A stretch of DNA of 64,000 bases from Candidatus Kapaibacterium sp. (lineage in GTDB: Bacteria > Bacteroidota > Ignavibacteria > Kapaibacteriales > JAEUSM01). The notes under the pieces are model-generated. The model made no database searches, was not told the origin of the DNA, and saw only the letters and a program-made list of their open reading frames with translations. Each line of letters starts with the position of its first letter. The stretch's first letter is position 1. The stretch covers positions 56,771 through 120,770 of the forward strand of contig JAEUSM010000013.1 in the NCBI GenBank assembly GCA_016788785.1, written 5' to 3'. Both the position numbers and the translations under genes were made by a program. Of this stretch, positions 1 to 9,465 are shown piece by piece.

Positions 1-176
1 ATTGCAACTGATGCAATGAAAAAACAAAGGAGGAAGTAGCGATACATAGCTATTCTTTTTTGAATGATTTGTTGTTATAGTATTGACGTCTCTTTTTTCA
101 CTGTATTATTGATGATAAAACACTCATCAACTATAAAAGTTACAACTGAAACTATTACATCCATACTATACGTTTT

Positions 177-2531
177 TTAGTATAACGCTGATTTTACAAA
201 GAAGGTTTCCATTTCCCCTTTGCCTTTAATATAAATCATTCCTCGAGAAACAAATTCGAACTCTCCTTCATATTGTTCTAAAGCAGATTTCATTTCTTTA
301 GAAATATGAATTTTACCTGGTGAACCATGTGATTCCATTCTCGAAGCAGTATTAACGACATCTCCCCAAACATCATAGGCAATTTTCTTAGTTCCAATAA
401 CTCCGGCTACCGTTTCACCAGTATGAATGCCTATTCTCATTAAGAGATTAAGTCCCTCTTTTTCTATGAATTTTTTAATCCATTGTGAACAATCGATAGC
501 AAATTTTGTAATTAAATATGCATGATGTTCTTGATATTCTGGCACTCCTGATGCAACCATATAAGCATCACCAATGGTTTTGATTTTCTCTAAACCATAC
601 CGTTCTGCTATTGTATCAAATTCTGTAAAAATAGTAGAAAGTAGCTGCACAATTTTGACAGGATCAGAACTTTTTGCATATTCGGTAAAACCTGCTAAAT
701 CTGCAAAAAGGATGGTTGTATGAGGAAATTTTTCCGCAATGAGTTTTTCACCTTCTTTAAGCCGTTGAGAAATACTCTTTGGCAAAATGGTATCTAAAAG
801 TCGCTCTGTCTCACGATTTGCAAGTATCAACTCATCATTTTTTATAGCCAATTCTTGTGTTTGTTTTGCTACTTCATCTCGCAAGGATTGATTATAATTT
901 TTGAGTAACTCTTCTGCTTGTTTTTGTTCTGATATATCGCGAATGAATGCTGAAAAAGAATACGTATTTTCTGTTTTAATTGGCAAAATTGTTAACTCTA
1001 CTGGAATTATAACTCCATCTTTTCGAATTGCTGTTATTTCAATTCTAGAATGAAGCACCTTGTATTCTCCAGTAGTCATGAAACGTTGCAATCCTTTTTC
1101 ATGAGCTATTCGATATTCAGGTGGTATAATAAAATCAGAAAGCTTATTGCCAAGTACTTCTTCTGAAGTCCAACCAAATATTTTTTCTGCTTGTGGATTC
1201 CAAGTAGTAACATTACCATTTTGATCCATTGAAATAACTCCGTCAAGTGCAGAATCCAAAATTTGTTTCATACGTTCATTGGAAAGCTGTTGTTCAGACA
1301 TCTTCACATTTGCCAAATCCAATTGAATTACCATTGATTGTAACTTAGAATTTTTTTCTTTACTTTCAGATTCAATTTGAATTTCATCATACCGTTTGAA
1401 ATACACCAATGCATCTTTATAGTTACCTTGCAGTTCCAATAACTGAGAATGCATCTTATATGCTTGCAATCTCATTACAGGATTATCTTCAATATCTAAC
1501 AGTGAATAGGTTGCTTCTAATATTTCTTCTGTTTTTTCATAGTTTTTCAATTCAAAATACAAAAAACCAATGAGTAAATTGTTTGAGATTCTTTGACTAA
1601 ACAATGGCAGTTTGTCTAAATACAATTGTGTCTCTTGAGCAAATTTTAGAGCTTGTTCAAACTTTTTTTGTGAATAGAAAACAGTTGCTTTTGAATGCAA
1701 TACACTTGCCAAATACCGTTTTTCTTCAATATTTGATGTAAGACTTATTGCCTCATCAAGTAGTTCATCGATTTCTTGATAATATTCTAAATCCCTATAA
1801 ACTTCAACTAAATTTTTTATTCCATTACAATATCCATCAATGATAGATAGATGTTTACATATCTCTATAGACTCTTTGAAATACTCTATTGCACGCTTTA
1901 TATTATCAAATTTGTAGCTTAATGTTCCCAAGTTGTGAAGCAACTGTGCTTTTAAATGTGCGTCTTTCGATTTATGAGTATATTCTAAACTTTTGTGATA
2001 GTATTTGAATGATTCTTGATATTCCTTTTTCGTATCATGAATCATTCCTAATAACATAAATGAATATGCCAATCCTTTATCATCATTTCGATGATTTTTA
2101 ATTTGTATGCTTTTAAATGAAGTTTCAATTGCTTCATCAAATAGTTTTACTTGAAAATAAGCACGTGAAAGGTTACTATAGACTATTGCTAAATCTCGAG
2201 AGGAATCATTCACATCAAAAATCGAAATTGCTTTTTGAAAACAAGGAATTGCTTCTTGGAAGTATTCTAAATTTATTAGCAGTTTCCCAACTTGAATTGA
2301 ATATTCCTTGACTATTTCATGGTCGTTTTGAGCTTCAGCTAACGCAATTATTTCGTAATAACATGAAATAGCTTGTTCATAATCGTGAACTGCACTAAAC
2401 TCTTCAATAGTAGTTTGAAGTGTTTGTAATTGTTTTTGATAATTTTTCTGTTCCAATGTTTTTATTTCAATTATTGGGGTGTTTTTTAGGCGTTTGATTA
2501 CTAATTTACTACTATTTATTGCCGTGAACAA
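177..2531 (-). CDS. TPR-repeat / PAS-domain / class III adenylate (nucleotidyl) cyclase
   Basis: 784-aa ORF. The N-terminus has TPR-like repeats and a central PAS-like segment ('LDSALDGVISMDQNGNVTTWNPQAEKIFGW...'). The C-terminal class III cyclase catalytic domain carries the diagnostic motifs 'ILFADLAGFTEY', 'IKTIGDAYMVASG' and 'RIGIHTGETVAGVIG...YDVWGDVVNTASRMES'. Confidence 0.85.
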   Translation of the reverse strand: MFTAINSSKLVIKRLKNTPIIEIKTLEQKNYQKQLQTLQTTIEEFSAVHDYEQAISCYYEIIALAEAQNDHEIVKEYSIQVGKLLINLEYFQEAIPCFQKAISIFDVNDSSRDLAIVYSNLSRAYFQVKLFDEAIETSFKSIQIKNHRNDDKGLAYSFMLLGMIHDTKKEYQESFKYYHKSLEYTHKSKDAHLKAQLLHNLGTLSYKFDNIKRAIEYFKESIEICKHLSIIDGYCNGIKNLVEVYRDLEYYQEIDELLDEAISLTSNIEEKRYLASVLHSKATVFYSQKKFEQALKFAQETQLYLDKLPLFSQRISNNLLIGFLYFELKNYEKTEEILEATYSLLDIEDNPVMRLQAYKMHSQLLELQGNYKDALVYFKRYDEIQIESESKEKNSKLQSMVIQLDLANVKMSEQQLSNERMKQILDSALDGVISMDQNGNVTTWNPQAEKIFGWTSEEVLGNKLSDFIIPPEYRIAHEKGLQRFMTTGEYKVLHSRIEITAIRKDGVIIPVELTILPIKTENTYSFSAFIRDISEQKQAEELLKNYNQSLRDEVAKQTQELAIKNDELILANRETERLLDTILPKSISQRLKEGEKLIAEKFPHTTILFADLAGFTEYAKSSDPVKIVQLLSTIFTEFDTIAERYGLEKIKTIGDAYMVASGVPEYQEHHAYLITKFAIDCSQWIKKFIEKEGLNLLMRIGIHTGETVAGVIGTKKIAYDVWGDVVNTASRMESHGSPGKIHISKEMKSALEQYEGEFEFVSRGMIYIKGKGEMETFFVKSALY

Positions 2532-2643
2532 AATTTCTTAGCAATACTTTGTAGCCAATCTTGGCTATATGTGTTATAATAGTTGAAAATTGATTATTTT
2601 AAAAATTAAATTCAGTAATTCTACCACTAATTTCAACATTGTT

Positions 2644-4098
2644 ATGAGAACTATCTTTTCTACACTCGTTATTTTTTTAATTCTGCTTACAAATGCAATT
2701 TCTTCTAATTTGGAAGTTGGTGCAGGAAAACTATATACAACAATTCCTCAGGCATTAAATGTCGTTCAACCGGGTGATACCGTCGTTGTATATTCAGGAA
2801 CGTATAGTGGTGGTATTTTCAAAGAAAATTTGAAAGGAACTGCTGATAAATGGATTGTTCTTAAAACTGCTCCAGGAGAAGAAGTTATCATCAATGGTGG
2901 TTCGAATGCAATGCAGTTAAGTTCGTTTGCATATTTACTCATTGATGGTTTTACCATTCAAGGACAAACTGCTAATGGTCTTAATTTAGATGACGGAGGT
3001 ACTCTTGTTACTCCTTCTCATCATTTGATTCTGCAAAATTGTACGTTTTTGGGACTTAATGCTACTGGAAACAATGATCAGTTAAAAATGTCTGGCATTG
3101 ATACATTCACTGTTACAAAATGTAAATTCTTCAATGGCTCACCAGGTGGTTCGAGCATAGATATGGTGGGATGTCATGTTGGTAATTTTGTTGAAAATTA
3201 TTTTGAGAATGCAGGGTCAAATTGTATTCAAAATAAAGGTGGAACCAGCAATATTTTCATTCAACGAAATTATATGAATCGTGGTGGTGAACGAGCATTG
3301 AATATTGGAGGGTCAACTGGGCTTCAATTCTTTCGACCACCAGGAGCATTGTACGAAGCTAAACAAATTTATGTTCATTCAAATGTATTCGTTGGATCTA
3401 CAGGTCCCATTTCATTTGTTGGTGCCGTTGATTGTGAAGTCGTCAATAATACTATCATCAATCCAACACGATGGGCTATACGAATTTTACAGGAAAATAA
3501 CGAACCTGGGTTTGTGCAATGTAGCAACAATAAGTTCATCAATAATATAGTATATTTTACCCCAACTGGTCAACCAGTTATCAATATTGGCGGGAACACT
3601 TTACCTGAAACATTCCAGTTTTCCCACAATTTGTGGTATAATCCTGAAAATGCTCAATGGACACCAAATACTCCTGTGAATGAACCAGGTCGCATTATTG
3701 CAAATCCTCTTTTTTTAGATTCAATGGGGAGAATTGGTATGGAGTCTCCTGCCGCTTATGCTGGTTTTTTAGTGAATTTACCGAATATGGATTTTACTGG
3801 AAACACATTTTGGAAAATTGAACATCCAATTGGTGCATTTCAACCACCTCATCATTTGTCTGTAAAAGAAGAACGTGAATTGGGGCTATGCTATCCCAAC
3901 CCAACAAATGCAGCGCTTACAATAGAGTCTCTGCATTTACAAGATGAATATGTGGAAATAATCTCCATTACAGGTGAAAAAGTATACTCTGTAAACGTAA
4001 AAAGTGGCTCAACAATTTCTGTGAACCACCTTTCAAATGGAGTGTATACGATTAGAAATAAAGAAGGAAAACTTCTGAGTAGATTTGTTAAATACTAA
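2644..4098 (+). CDS. secreted right-handed beta-helix (pectate-lyase-like) protein with T9SS C-terminal sorting domain
   Basis: The ORF spans 2590..4098, and the start at 2644 ('MRTIFSTLVIFLILLTNAIS') gives a plausible signal peptide. The sequence has repetitive Asn/Gly-rich beta-helix-like segments ('NNTIINPTRWAIRILQENNEPGF...'). The C-terminal ~80 aa ('LCYPNPTNAALTIE...VYTIRNKEGKLLSRFVKY') resembles the Por/T9SS secretion tail. Confidence 0.65.
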   Translation: MRTIFSTLVIFLILLTNAISSNLEVGAGKLYTTIPQALNVVQPGDTVVVYSGTYSGGIFKENLKGTADKWIVLKTAPGEEVIINGGSNAMQLSSFAYLLIDGFTIQGQTANGLNLDDGGTLVTPSHHLILQNCTFLGLNATGNNDQLKMSGIDTFTVTKCKFFNGSPGGSSIDMVGCHVGNFVENYFENAGSNCIQNKGGTSNIFIQRNYMNRGGERALNIGGSTGLQFFRPPGALYEAKQIYVHSNVFVGSTGPISFVGAVDCEVVNNTIINPTRWAIRILQENNEPGFVQCSNNKFINNIVYFTPTGQPVINIGGNTLPETFQFSHNLWYNPENAQWTPNTPVNEPGRIIANPLFLDSMGRIGMESPAAYAGFLVNLPNMDFTGNTFWKIEHPIGAFQPPHHLSVKEERELGLCYPNPTNAALTIESLHLQDEYVEIISITGEKVYSVNVKSGSTISVNHLSNGVYTIRNKEGKLLSRFVKY

Positions 4099-4100
4099 TA

Positions 4101-5045
4101 TTAAACACCAAGTAATGTGTCTTTTCGAACATCAAATGGGGTTTTACCAAATTGGTTTTTGAACAACCTGCTCAATGAAGATTGATCTTCATATCCCACT
4201 GACATTGCCACATCAAAGATAGAAAGCGATGTAGTTTGTAATAACTGCAACGCTTTTTTCATTTTACGTTGCAACACATCTTGATATGGACTTCTACCGT
4301 ACATTTTTTTGTATAAACGAATAAAATGGAATTCGGAAAGTGACGATTTTTTTGCTAAATTACTGACTGTTAACTGTGATGGGTCAGAAAATTGAATGAG
4401 TTCATTTGCAATTTCCATTCTTCTGATTAATTCTTCTTTCGTTGATTTCTTTTTTACATCCGAAAGTGAGGCGAAATATCCACCATATCGTGCATTTTCT
4501 TGGAAATACCATTCAAAAATATCCGCTAAAAAGTCATCTTTTTCTTCAACTTTTGATGCATCATTTTTAGTCAACATTGTTTTTAATTTGTTACTAAATT
4601 CTGATGCTTTTTGGGTAAAATTCCAAATGTGAGAAATTGGTTTAAAATGTTCATTTATTAATTCAGGGTTGTCTAACAGTCTCTCATTCGTTTCTGTATA
4701 TGCAGCAGCTGCTGAACGTAATTGATGAGGATTAACAGCCACTCCCACTTGCAAAACATCATTAGATTGCAATGGCACTTTCAATGAATAATCTGAATAT
4801 TCATTAAACAATGCAACAGTTGGAGTATAAATTTGGTATTGATTTCGGTCAATGGTGTATGTCATAGAACCACCCAAAATAAACCGAACACCAAATCGCG
4901 AGACATGGGCTCCAGAATCAAAACCAGACCCACTAATAGGGAATATCCCAGTTTTCAGAGTATCAAAAGATGTCATATGTCGTGAGCAATATACCTCACC
5001 TTTGGTTACATCTAAACCATTACTGCAATAATGACAATGACTCAT
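4101..5045 (-). CDS. AraC-family transcriptional regulator
   Basis: The C-terminal 100 aa form an AraC-type helix-turn-helix (HTH) domain ('FHFIRLYKKMYGRSPYQDVLQRKMKKALQLLQTTSLSIFDVAMSVGYEDQSSLSRLFKNQFGKTPFDVRK'). The gene converges on the preceding beta-helix gene with a 2-nt gap. Confidence 0.8.
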   Translation of the reverse strand: MSHCHYCSNGLDVTKGEVYCSRHMTSFDTLKTGIFPISGSGFDSGAHVSRFGVRFILGGSMTYTIDRNQYQIYTPTVALFNEYSDYSLKVPLQSNDVLQVGVAVNPHQLRSAAAAYTETNERLLDNPELINEHFKPISHIWNFTQKASEFSNKLKTMLTKNDASKVEEKDDFLADIFEWYFQENARYGGYFASLSDVKKKSTKEELIRRMEIANELIQFSDPSQLTVSNLAKKSSLSEFHFIRLYKKMYGRSPYQDVLQRKMKKALQLLQTTSLSIFDVAMSVGYEDQSSLSRLFKNQFGKTPFDVRKDTLLGV

Positions 5046-5169
5046 AACAATTCCAAATTAAAATCACGTTGTTGAATTAGAACTAAAAACGAAGAACACC
5101 TAAATTCTAATAGAAAATAAACCTATTTTTTTTCAAAATTAGCAACAATTGTCAAAAAATGAAGAAATA

Positions 5170-5295
5170 CAATTTCCTCCAAAGGAGGGGAATTTGACCG
5201 ATAAACTGTAGAAACAAGGCATGCCCTGTCCCTACAAAAACACGATAACACCCTCGCCCCTATGGGGAGAGGGATGGGGAGAGGGGTCATTTACA
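5170..5295. repeat. GC-rich mosaic hairpin array 1, comprising a short CCTCC-AAA-GGAGG hairpin, a degenerate 30-bp palindrome and the 'CCCTCGCCCC-N-GGGGAGAGGG-TGGGGAGAGGGG' module
   Basis: The span 5251-5290 'ccctcgcccctatggggagagggatggggagaggggtcat' recurs at 13863, 16005 (reverse complement), 32938, 34806 and 53013 (reverse complement). The span 5206-5240 is a degenerate copy of the perfect palindrome at 34973. Local GC is far above the flanking AT-rich DNA. Confidence 0.8.
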
Positions 5296-5303
5296 ATGAT
5301 ACC

Positions 5304-5867
5304 TTACATCTTTATAATAGCTTGTTTGATTTTTTTGATTAGTCTGGTGTGTTGTTTGCGGACTGAGAGAATGTTCTTATTGAGAGAAACTGCTACTTCC
5401 TGAAGTCTCATTCCGTGATCATAATACAGCTGAATTAACTGTTGATCTTTGACTGTGAAGGTACGAACAATTTCGTTGATTTTTTCCTGTGTATCAGAAA
5501 TTTCTTTTGAATCTAACTGATCATCAGTATGTACAAATTCATCAAATTCTACAGAAGCAGATAGTGGATTTTTTACTGATTCTTTATATTTATTCTTACA
5601 CAGCTTTTGACAGATACCACAAAGAAAGGAATAGAAGTTATTCACTTCCATTCCTTTCTTTAGTTTCACAATCAACACAATAAGACCTTCTTGATAAATA
5701 TCCTGAATATCCTCACTACATTTCAACTTTGTTTTAAGAAAAGAATGTAAACGATGCTTGTATCTACGCTCTAATTCCTTTGTTGCATTTTCTCGTTCGT
5801 ACGTTGTATCGCTTTGTAAAAAGCGACACAACATCGAGTCAGGTAATTCAGAATATTCTTTGTTCAT
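5304..5867 (-). CDS. sigma-70 family RNA polymerase sigma factor (ECF-like)
   Basis: This 187-aa protein has a sigma region 2-like segment ('DIQDIYQEGLIVLIVKL') and a region 4 HTH ('LQEVAVSLNKNILSVRKQHTRLIKKI'). Its size is typical of ECF sigma factors. Confidence 0.7.
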   Translation of the reverse strand: MNKEYSELPDSMLCRFLQSDTTYERENATKELERRYKHRLHSFLKTKLKCSEDIQDIYQEGLIVLIVKLKKGMEVNNFYSFLCGICQKLCKNKYKESVKNPLSASVEFDEFVHTDDQLDSKEISDTQEKINEIVRTFTVKDQQLIQLYYDHGMRLQEVAVSLNKNILSVRKQHTRLIKKIKQAIIKM

Positions 5868-5908
5868 AAAATCTTGTGAAAAAAAAGAATCATCATCATT
5901 TCAAATTC

Positions 5909-6607
5909 CTAACAATCATCACCACATGGAACTAAATTACCTCTTCGCCAATCCCTAAATTGATTCTGTAAAGTACAAGAACCAATTCTTTTTCGATTTA
6001 TCTCTTTAATTTTAATATTTTTACCAAAGAAAGGACTTGAAGAACTAGATAAACATATTGTATAAGTTCTTTCACAACAAGTTCTTCCACATTCATGCCA
6101 TCTGTAATGATCTACCCACCAATCACCATCTTTAAAGTAATGTGGCATTGGAGGAGAAAAACCGGAATCGCAAATAACTGTTGTAGGATTTACTTTATAG
6201 CTACATTTTACCCATACTCCACACATCGCAGTATAAAATTGAACCGTTATTAATGAATCAACTGAACAATTAGGTATAGTTGAGCTATCTTTAGTAATCT
6301 TTCTCATTAAACCTAATTCTAATAAATTTCTAAATGTACTAAAGTCATAATGATAAATTCTAAAGGTATCTAAAAAATTTCCATTTTCTATTGCTATAGC
6401 AGAATCAATAATAAATCTAACTACTCCATTGCAATTTTGTACTCTGTAGAAAACTAAACCAGAAACATCACTAAAGTATGTAAGTTTAATGGTGTCTGCA
6501 TGTGAAGTCCATGTAGTACAAGAATCATCAGGTGGACATGTTTGAGATAATAAACTTAAATTACAAATCCCTGCTAAGCAGAATATAACAATTACTAAAT
6601 ATTTCAT
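5909..6607 (-). CDS. secreted cysteine-rich protein, paralogue B (unknown family)
   Basis: It has a signal peptide 'MKYLVIVIFCLAGICNLSLLSQ' and about 16 Cys residues. It is a clear paralogue of the 8705..9442 protein, sharing the motifs 'CNG..F..DSA', 'YH..FS.FR.L', 'NC..S..T......A.CGVWV.C.Y', 'CDSGF..P.P.Y', 'CG..CCE.TYT.C' and 'CTLQNQFRD.R......C.D.C'. Confidence 0.6.
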   Translation of the reverse strand: MKYLVIVIFCLAGICNLSLLSQTCPPDDSCTTWTSHADTIKLTYFSDVSGLVFYRVQNCNGVVRFIIDSAIAIENGNFLDTFRIYHYDFSTFRNLLELGLMRKITKDSSTIPNCSVDSLITVQFYTAMCGVWVKCSYKVNPTTVICDSGFSPPMPHYFKDGDWWVDHYRWHECGRTCCERTYTICLSSSSSPFFGKNIKIKEINRKRIGSCTLQNQFRDWRRGNLVPCGDDC

Positions 6608-6623
6608 ATTATTCTTCCTGATT

Positions 6624-7205
6624 TCAAAATGTTTGTATATTTCTTATAATTGTTTGATTATTTTTGGTCATAATCAAATAATAATTTCTATATTTAATGT
6701 TTTGGATATTAATGCTTAACTTATTTTCTCCTTGATGAATAAATGCATCACCAAGTTTAATACAATTTTTTTCTAACAAATGTAATAAATAAAAACTTGC
6801 GTTACTTTCAACTTTACTAGTACATTCAACTTCAAGTATATTAGTAATTTCATTGAAATTAACTGACAAAATTGTGTTCGAAGAATTATTTATGCTTTTT
6901 AGATGTAATGGTGATTTATTTGTCCAAGTATATTTATCTACCGAAAAAAGCGAACTTCCATCTAAAAACGAAGCATCAATTTGAATAGACTGTTCAATTG
7001 TACCATGTAAAGATAATTTTCCATCTTTTTTTGATAATTTCCATCTTTCAAAACCAAGTTTATTGTATTTTTCTCCATTTAATAATTCAAATTCAAACTG
7101 CTTAAAATTTTTAGTTAAAGAACTTTGAGATTGAATAGTATTTTGTGCCTGAACTATTAATGCAGAAAAAATACAGCAAAAAACAAATGTTAAAGTAGTT
7201 TTCAT
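6624..7205 (-). CDS. secreted hypothetical protein
   Basis: The 193-aa protein begins with an N-terminal signal peptide 'MKTTLTFVFCCIFSALIVQAQ'. It lies between the two Cys-rich paralogue genes in the same orientation with short gaps. Confidence 0.55.
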   Translation of the reverse strand: MKTTLTFVFCCIFSALIVQAQNTIQSQSSLTKNFKQFEFELLNGEKYNKLGFERWKLSKKDGKLSLHGTIEQSIQIDASFLDGSSLFSVDKYTWTNKSPLHLKSINNSSNTILSVNFNEITNILEVECTSKVESNASFYLLHLLEKNCIKLGDAFIHQGENKLSINIQNIKYRNYYLIMTKNNQTIIRNIQTF

Positions 7206-7230
7206 ATAAACCTTATATAAATCATGATTT

Positions 7231-8715
7231 TCAATTAAGAATTATAAATTGTTTTGTGTATTGCTCTTTTCCAATAGTAAGGACTGCTTGATATGTACCT
7301 GAAGGAAATTCGATAACATCAATTGGAATTACTATTTTGCCAGTTGCTTGTTCAATTCTCATTGTTTTATGTGTAACACCTGAAACATCGACTATTGAGA
7401 GTGATGCTCCATTCAGAAAACCATAGTAATGTATCGAAAGTGTTACATTCTCTTGAACGCTTGGAATAGGATATACTTCCATTTGAATTGGTTTTTCATT
7501 TGATTTTCTCGAATCAACTGAAGATACTATTTTTGGATTTGTATAAATCAATAAAGCAAGAGGGTTTGCAAAATAAATAGTATCACCAATGTAAGCAATA
7601 TCTGTAATTGTAAAAGGATGATCAAAAAAACCACCATACCTTAATAATTTGTATCTGCTATCAATACTATCACGGGTATAAAACGTTATTTGTTCTTTTT
7701 TTGGTTTATTTTCATCAATTGTAAAAAAACCAAAATCTGTTCCACACATTTTTAATCCATTTTCTCGATTTAGTAAAATGTTATGAACTCCTAACGTAGC
7801 AGGGTATCTGTTTTTCATAAATAAACGTCCTGCTATTCCATCTGCAGAATCCCATTTCGTAATTATTCCCTCTGGTGTTATTTTATAAACACCATTATAA
7901 ACTCCTCTTATAGAATAACTATCACCGCTATTAGAAGTAAACCACATATTATTATTACCATCAAATGCCATTGATGATATTCTTCTATAAATACCGTCTA
8001 AAGAAAAAGGAATATCTGTAAAGTCAATTTTTCCATTTGAAAATGTCATTAGATTATTTATACCAGAAGCAATAATACAGACTATTGAATTATCATCTCT
8101 CTTCGCCATTGCTTGAATAGCTCCATTATCAAACCGAGGATCATAAGCAAATTTATAAATTACTTCAAATGATACTTCTTGCTTACTTGTAAATAATTTT
8201 AATAATTCATTATTAGTACTATCGTAAACAACATACTCTGTACCATTGATTGTCTCACGAAATCGTTCAAATCCAATTAAAACACTAACAAACATGTCGT
8301 TATTATTGTCAAAGCAAAAATCTCGGAATTGTCTTGTTGGCAATAAATCTGCAGGTATAGGTACTGAGTCCCATTGACCTTGTTCATATTTCCAAAGATT
8401 ATTTCTTCCGAATGTCCATATGACACCATAGTTGTCAAAATGAACTTTTGAGTTGACATTTAAACCTAAATCAATACCTTCTGTTATATTTATAAAAACC
8501 GTGTCAGCATTGGTTTTTAAATAAACTGACAAAACTCCAGTTGTTTGAAGATCTTTACCCATAATTAATACCTTATCTTGAAATGTATCTATTACCTTAG
8601 GAGCTAAGCCATCTTTGAATAAATCATCTGTTTGAGAATAAATTAAAGTATTCAAAAGAAAAAAAATTGAAATTTTAAAAGAATAAGAGAATAAATGTTT
8701 CATATTAGCAACCAT
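7231..8715 (-). CDS. secreted protein with T9SS C-terminal sorting domain (possible beta-propeller-like body)
   Basis: The 494-aa protein has a hydrophobic N-terminal signal ('ISIFFLLNTLIYSQ'). Its C-terminal ~80 aa ('LSIVDVSGVTHKTMRIEQATGKIVIPIDVIEFPSGTYQAVLTIGKEQYTKQFIILN') resemble the Por secretion tail. The 3' end overlaps the next gene by 11 nt. Confidence 0.65.
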   Translation of the reverse strand: MVANMKHLFSYSFKISIFFLLNTLIYSQTDDLFKDGLAPKVIDTFQDKVLIMGKDLQTTGVLSVYLKTNADTVFINITEGIDLGLNVNSKVHFDNYGVIWTFGRNNLWKYEQGQWDSVPIPADLLPTRQFRDFCFDNNNDMFVSVLIGFERFRETINGTEYVVYDSTNNELLKLFTSKQEVSFEVIYKFAYDPRFDNGAIQAMAKRDDNSIVCIIASGINNLMTFSNGKIDFTDIPFSLDGIYRRISSMAFDGNNNMWFTSNSGDSYSIRGVYNGVYKITPEGIITKWDSADGIAGRLFMKNRYPATLGVHNILLNRENGLKMCGTDFGFFTIDENKPKKEQITFYTRDSIDSRYKLLRYGGFFDHPFTITDIAYIGDTIYFANPLALLIYTNPKIVSSVDSRKSNEKPIQMEVYPIPSVQENVTLSIHYYGFLNGASLSIVDVSGVTHKTMRIEQATGKIVIPIDVIEFPSGTYQAVLTIGKEQYTKQFIILN

Positions 8716-9442
8716 CCTGACATTGAATTAATTGATTAGTTCTACCGTCGCGAAACTGATTTTGTAACGTACAATTTGGAGTTTCTTGATGCCGTTGTTT
8801 TTGAATTTGTTTAACAAAAGTAATTGGTTCTAGACCTGTAAAATTGTTTTTTACACAAACAGTATAAGTTTTTTCACAACAAATCTCTCCACAAGATTCA
8901 TATTTCAATATATCTACATATTTAATTCCATTAAAAGTATAATCTGGAAATGGAGCAGCAAAACCACTATCACACATCCTACTATTTGTATCGATCTCGT
9001 ATCTACATCGTACCCATACGCCACATGCAGCTGAATATATTTTTGTAATTGTATTACTATCTGGACAATTTGGCATATTCATAATACCAATACTTTCTTC
9101 AACTATATATAAATCTATTAAGTCTCTAAAAGCTGAAAAATTATGATGGTAAATCATCAAAGAATCTAAGAATTTTGAATTATCAAACATTACCGCACTA
9201 TCTAACAAAAACTCCCATCGACCATTACATATCCTTGCTCTATAATATATAATACCATTAAGGCCAATGGTAGTATCTTGATCAAAATTATCTATTTGTA
9301 TGTTTTCTACTTGTTCCCACCATTGAGAAGTGTCACAAGGGAAATCACATCCTGTAGATTGTGCTTTTATAGATATAGTAGAAAGTACAAAGAGGCAAAT
9401 TATTACAATCCAAGGTACTTTCAAATAAAAACGTTTTTTCAT
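8705..9442 (-). CDS. secreted cysteine-rich protein, paralogue A (unknown family)
   Basis: The 245-aa protein has a signal peptide ('IVIICLFVLSTISIKAQS'). Its Cys framework is conserved with the 5909..6607 protein, and the two C-termini are nearly identical ('CTLQNQFRDGRTNQLIQCQDGC' versus 'CTLQNQFRDWRRGNLVPCGDDC'). Confidence 0.6.
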   Translation of the reverse strand: MKKRFYLKVPWIVIICLFVLSTISIKAQSTGCDFPCDTSQWWEQVENIQIDNFDQDTTIGLNGIIYYRARICNGRWEFLLDSAVMFDNSKFLDSLMIYHHNFSAFRDLIDLYIVEESIGIMNMPNCPDSNTITKIYSAACGVWVRCRYEIDTNSRMCDSGFAAPFPDYTFNGIKYVDILKYESCGEICCEKTYTVCVKNNFTGLEPITFVKQIQKQRHQETPNCTLQNQFRDGRTNQLIQCQDGC

Positions 9443-9465
9443 TTATACATCCTTTATAAAATAGA

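Noticed and set aside
1-176. A possible promoter or feature in the first 176 bp
   Set aside because: This is AT-rich sequence downstream of the minus-strand cyclase gene end. There is no hairpin-plus-T-run, no ORF and no repeat module, so nothing can be supported.
2117-2311. Small antisense or overlapping ORFs inside large genes (for example 2117-2311, 2766-2957, 3305-3550, 4396-4632, 9650-10009, 10689-11009, 14175-14654, 16317-16985, 29457-30289, 44098-45243, 45518-46472 and 61022-62660)
   Set aside because: Each lies wholly within a longer ORF on the other strand or frame that has clear family motifs. They show low-complexity, AT-rich codon composition and no signal-peptide or domain motifs, and are judged to be spurious six-frame artefacts.
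5221-5403. Short ORFs encoding Gly/Trp/Glu-rich peptides ('TPSPLWGEGWGEGSF', 'PRPFGERVGERGF', 'PLTPALSLKGRGS') at 5221-5403, 13725-14002, 15903-16232, 32790-33056, 34609-34928 and 52692-53228
   Set aside because: These are translations of the GC-rich hairpin modules (GGGGAGAGGG and similar) in arbitrary frames. Their apparent similarity to each other is caused by the DNA repeat, and they lie on whichever strand and frame happens to be open. They have no start context and should not be annotated as genes.
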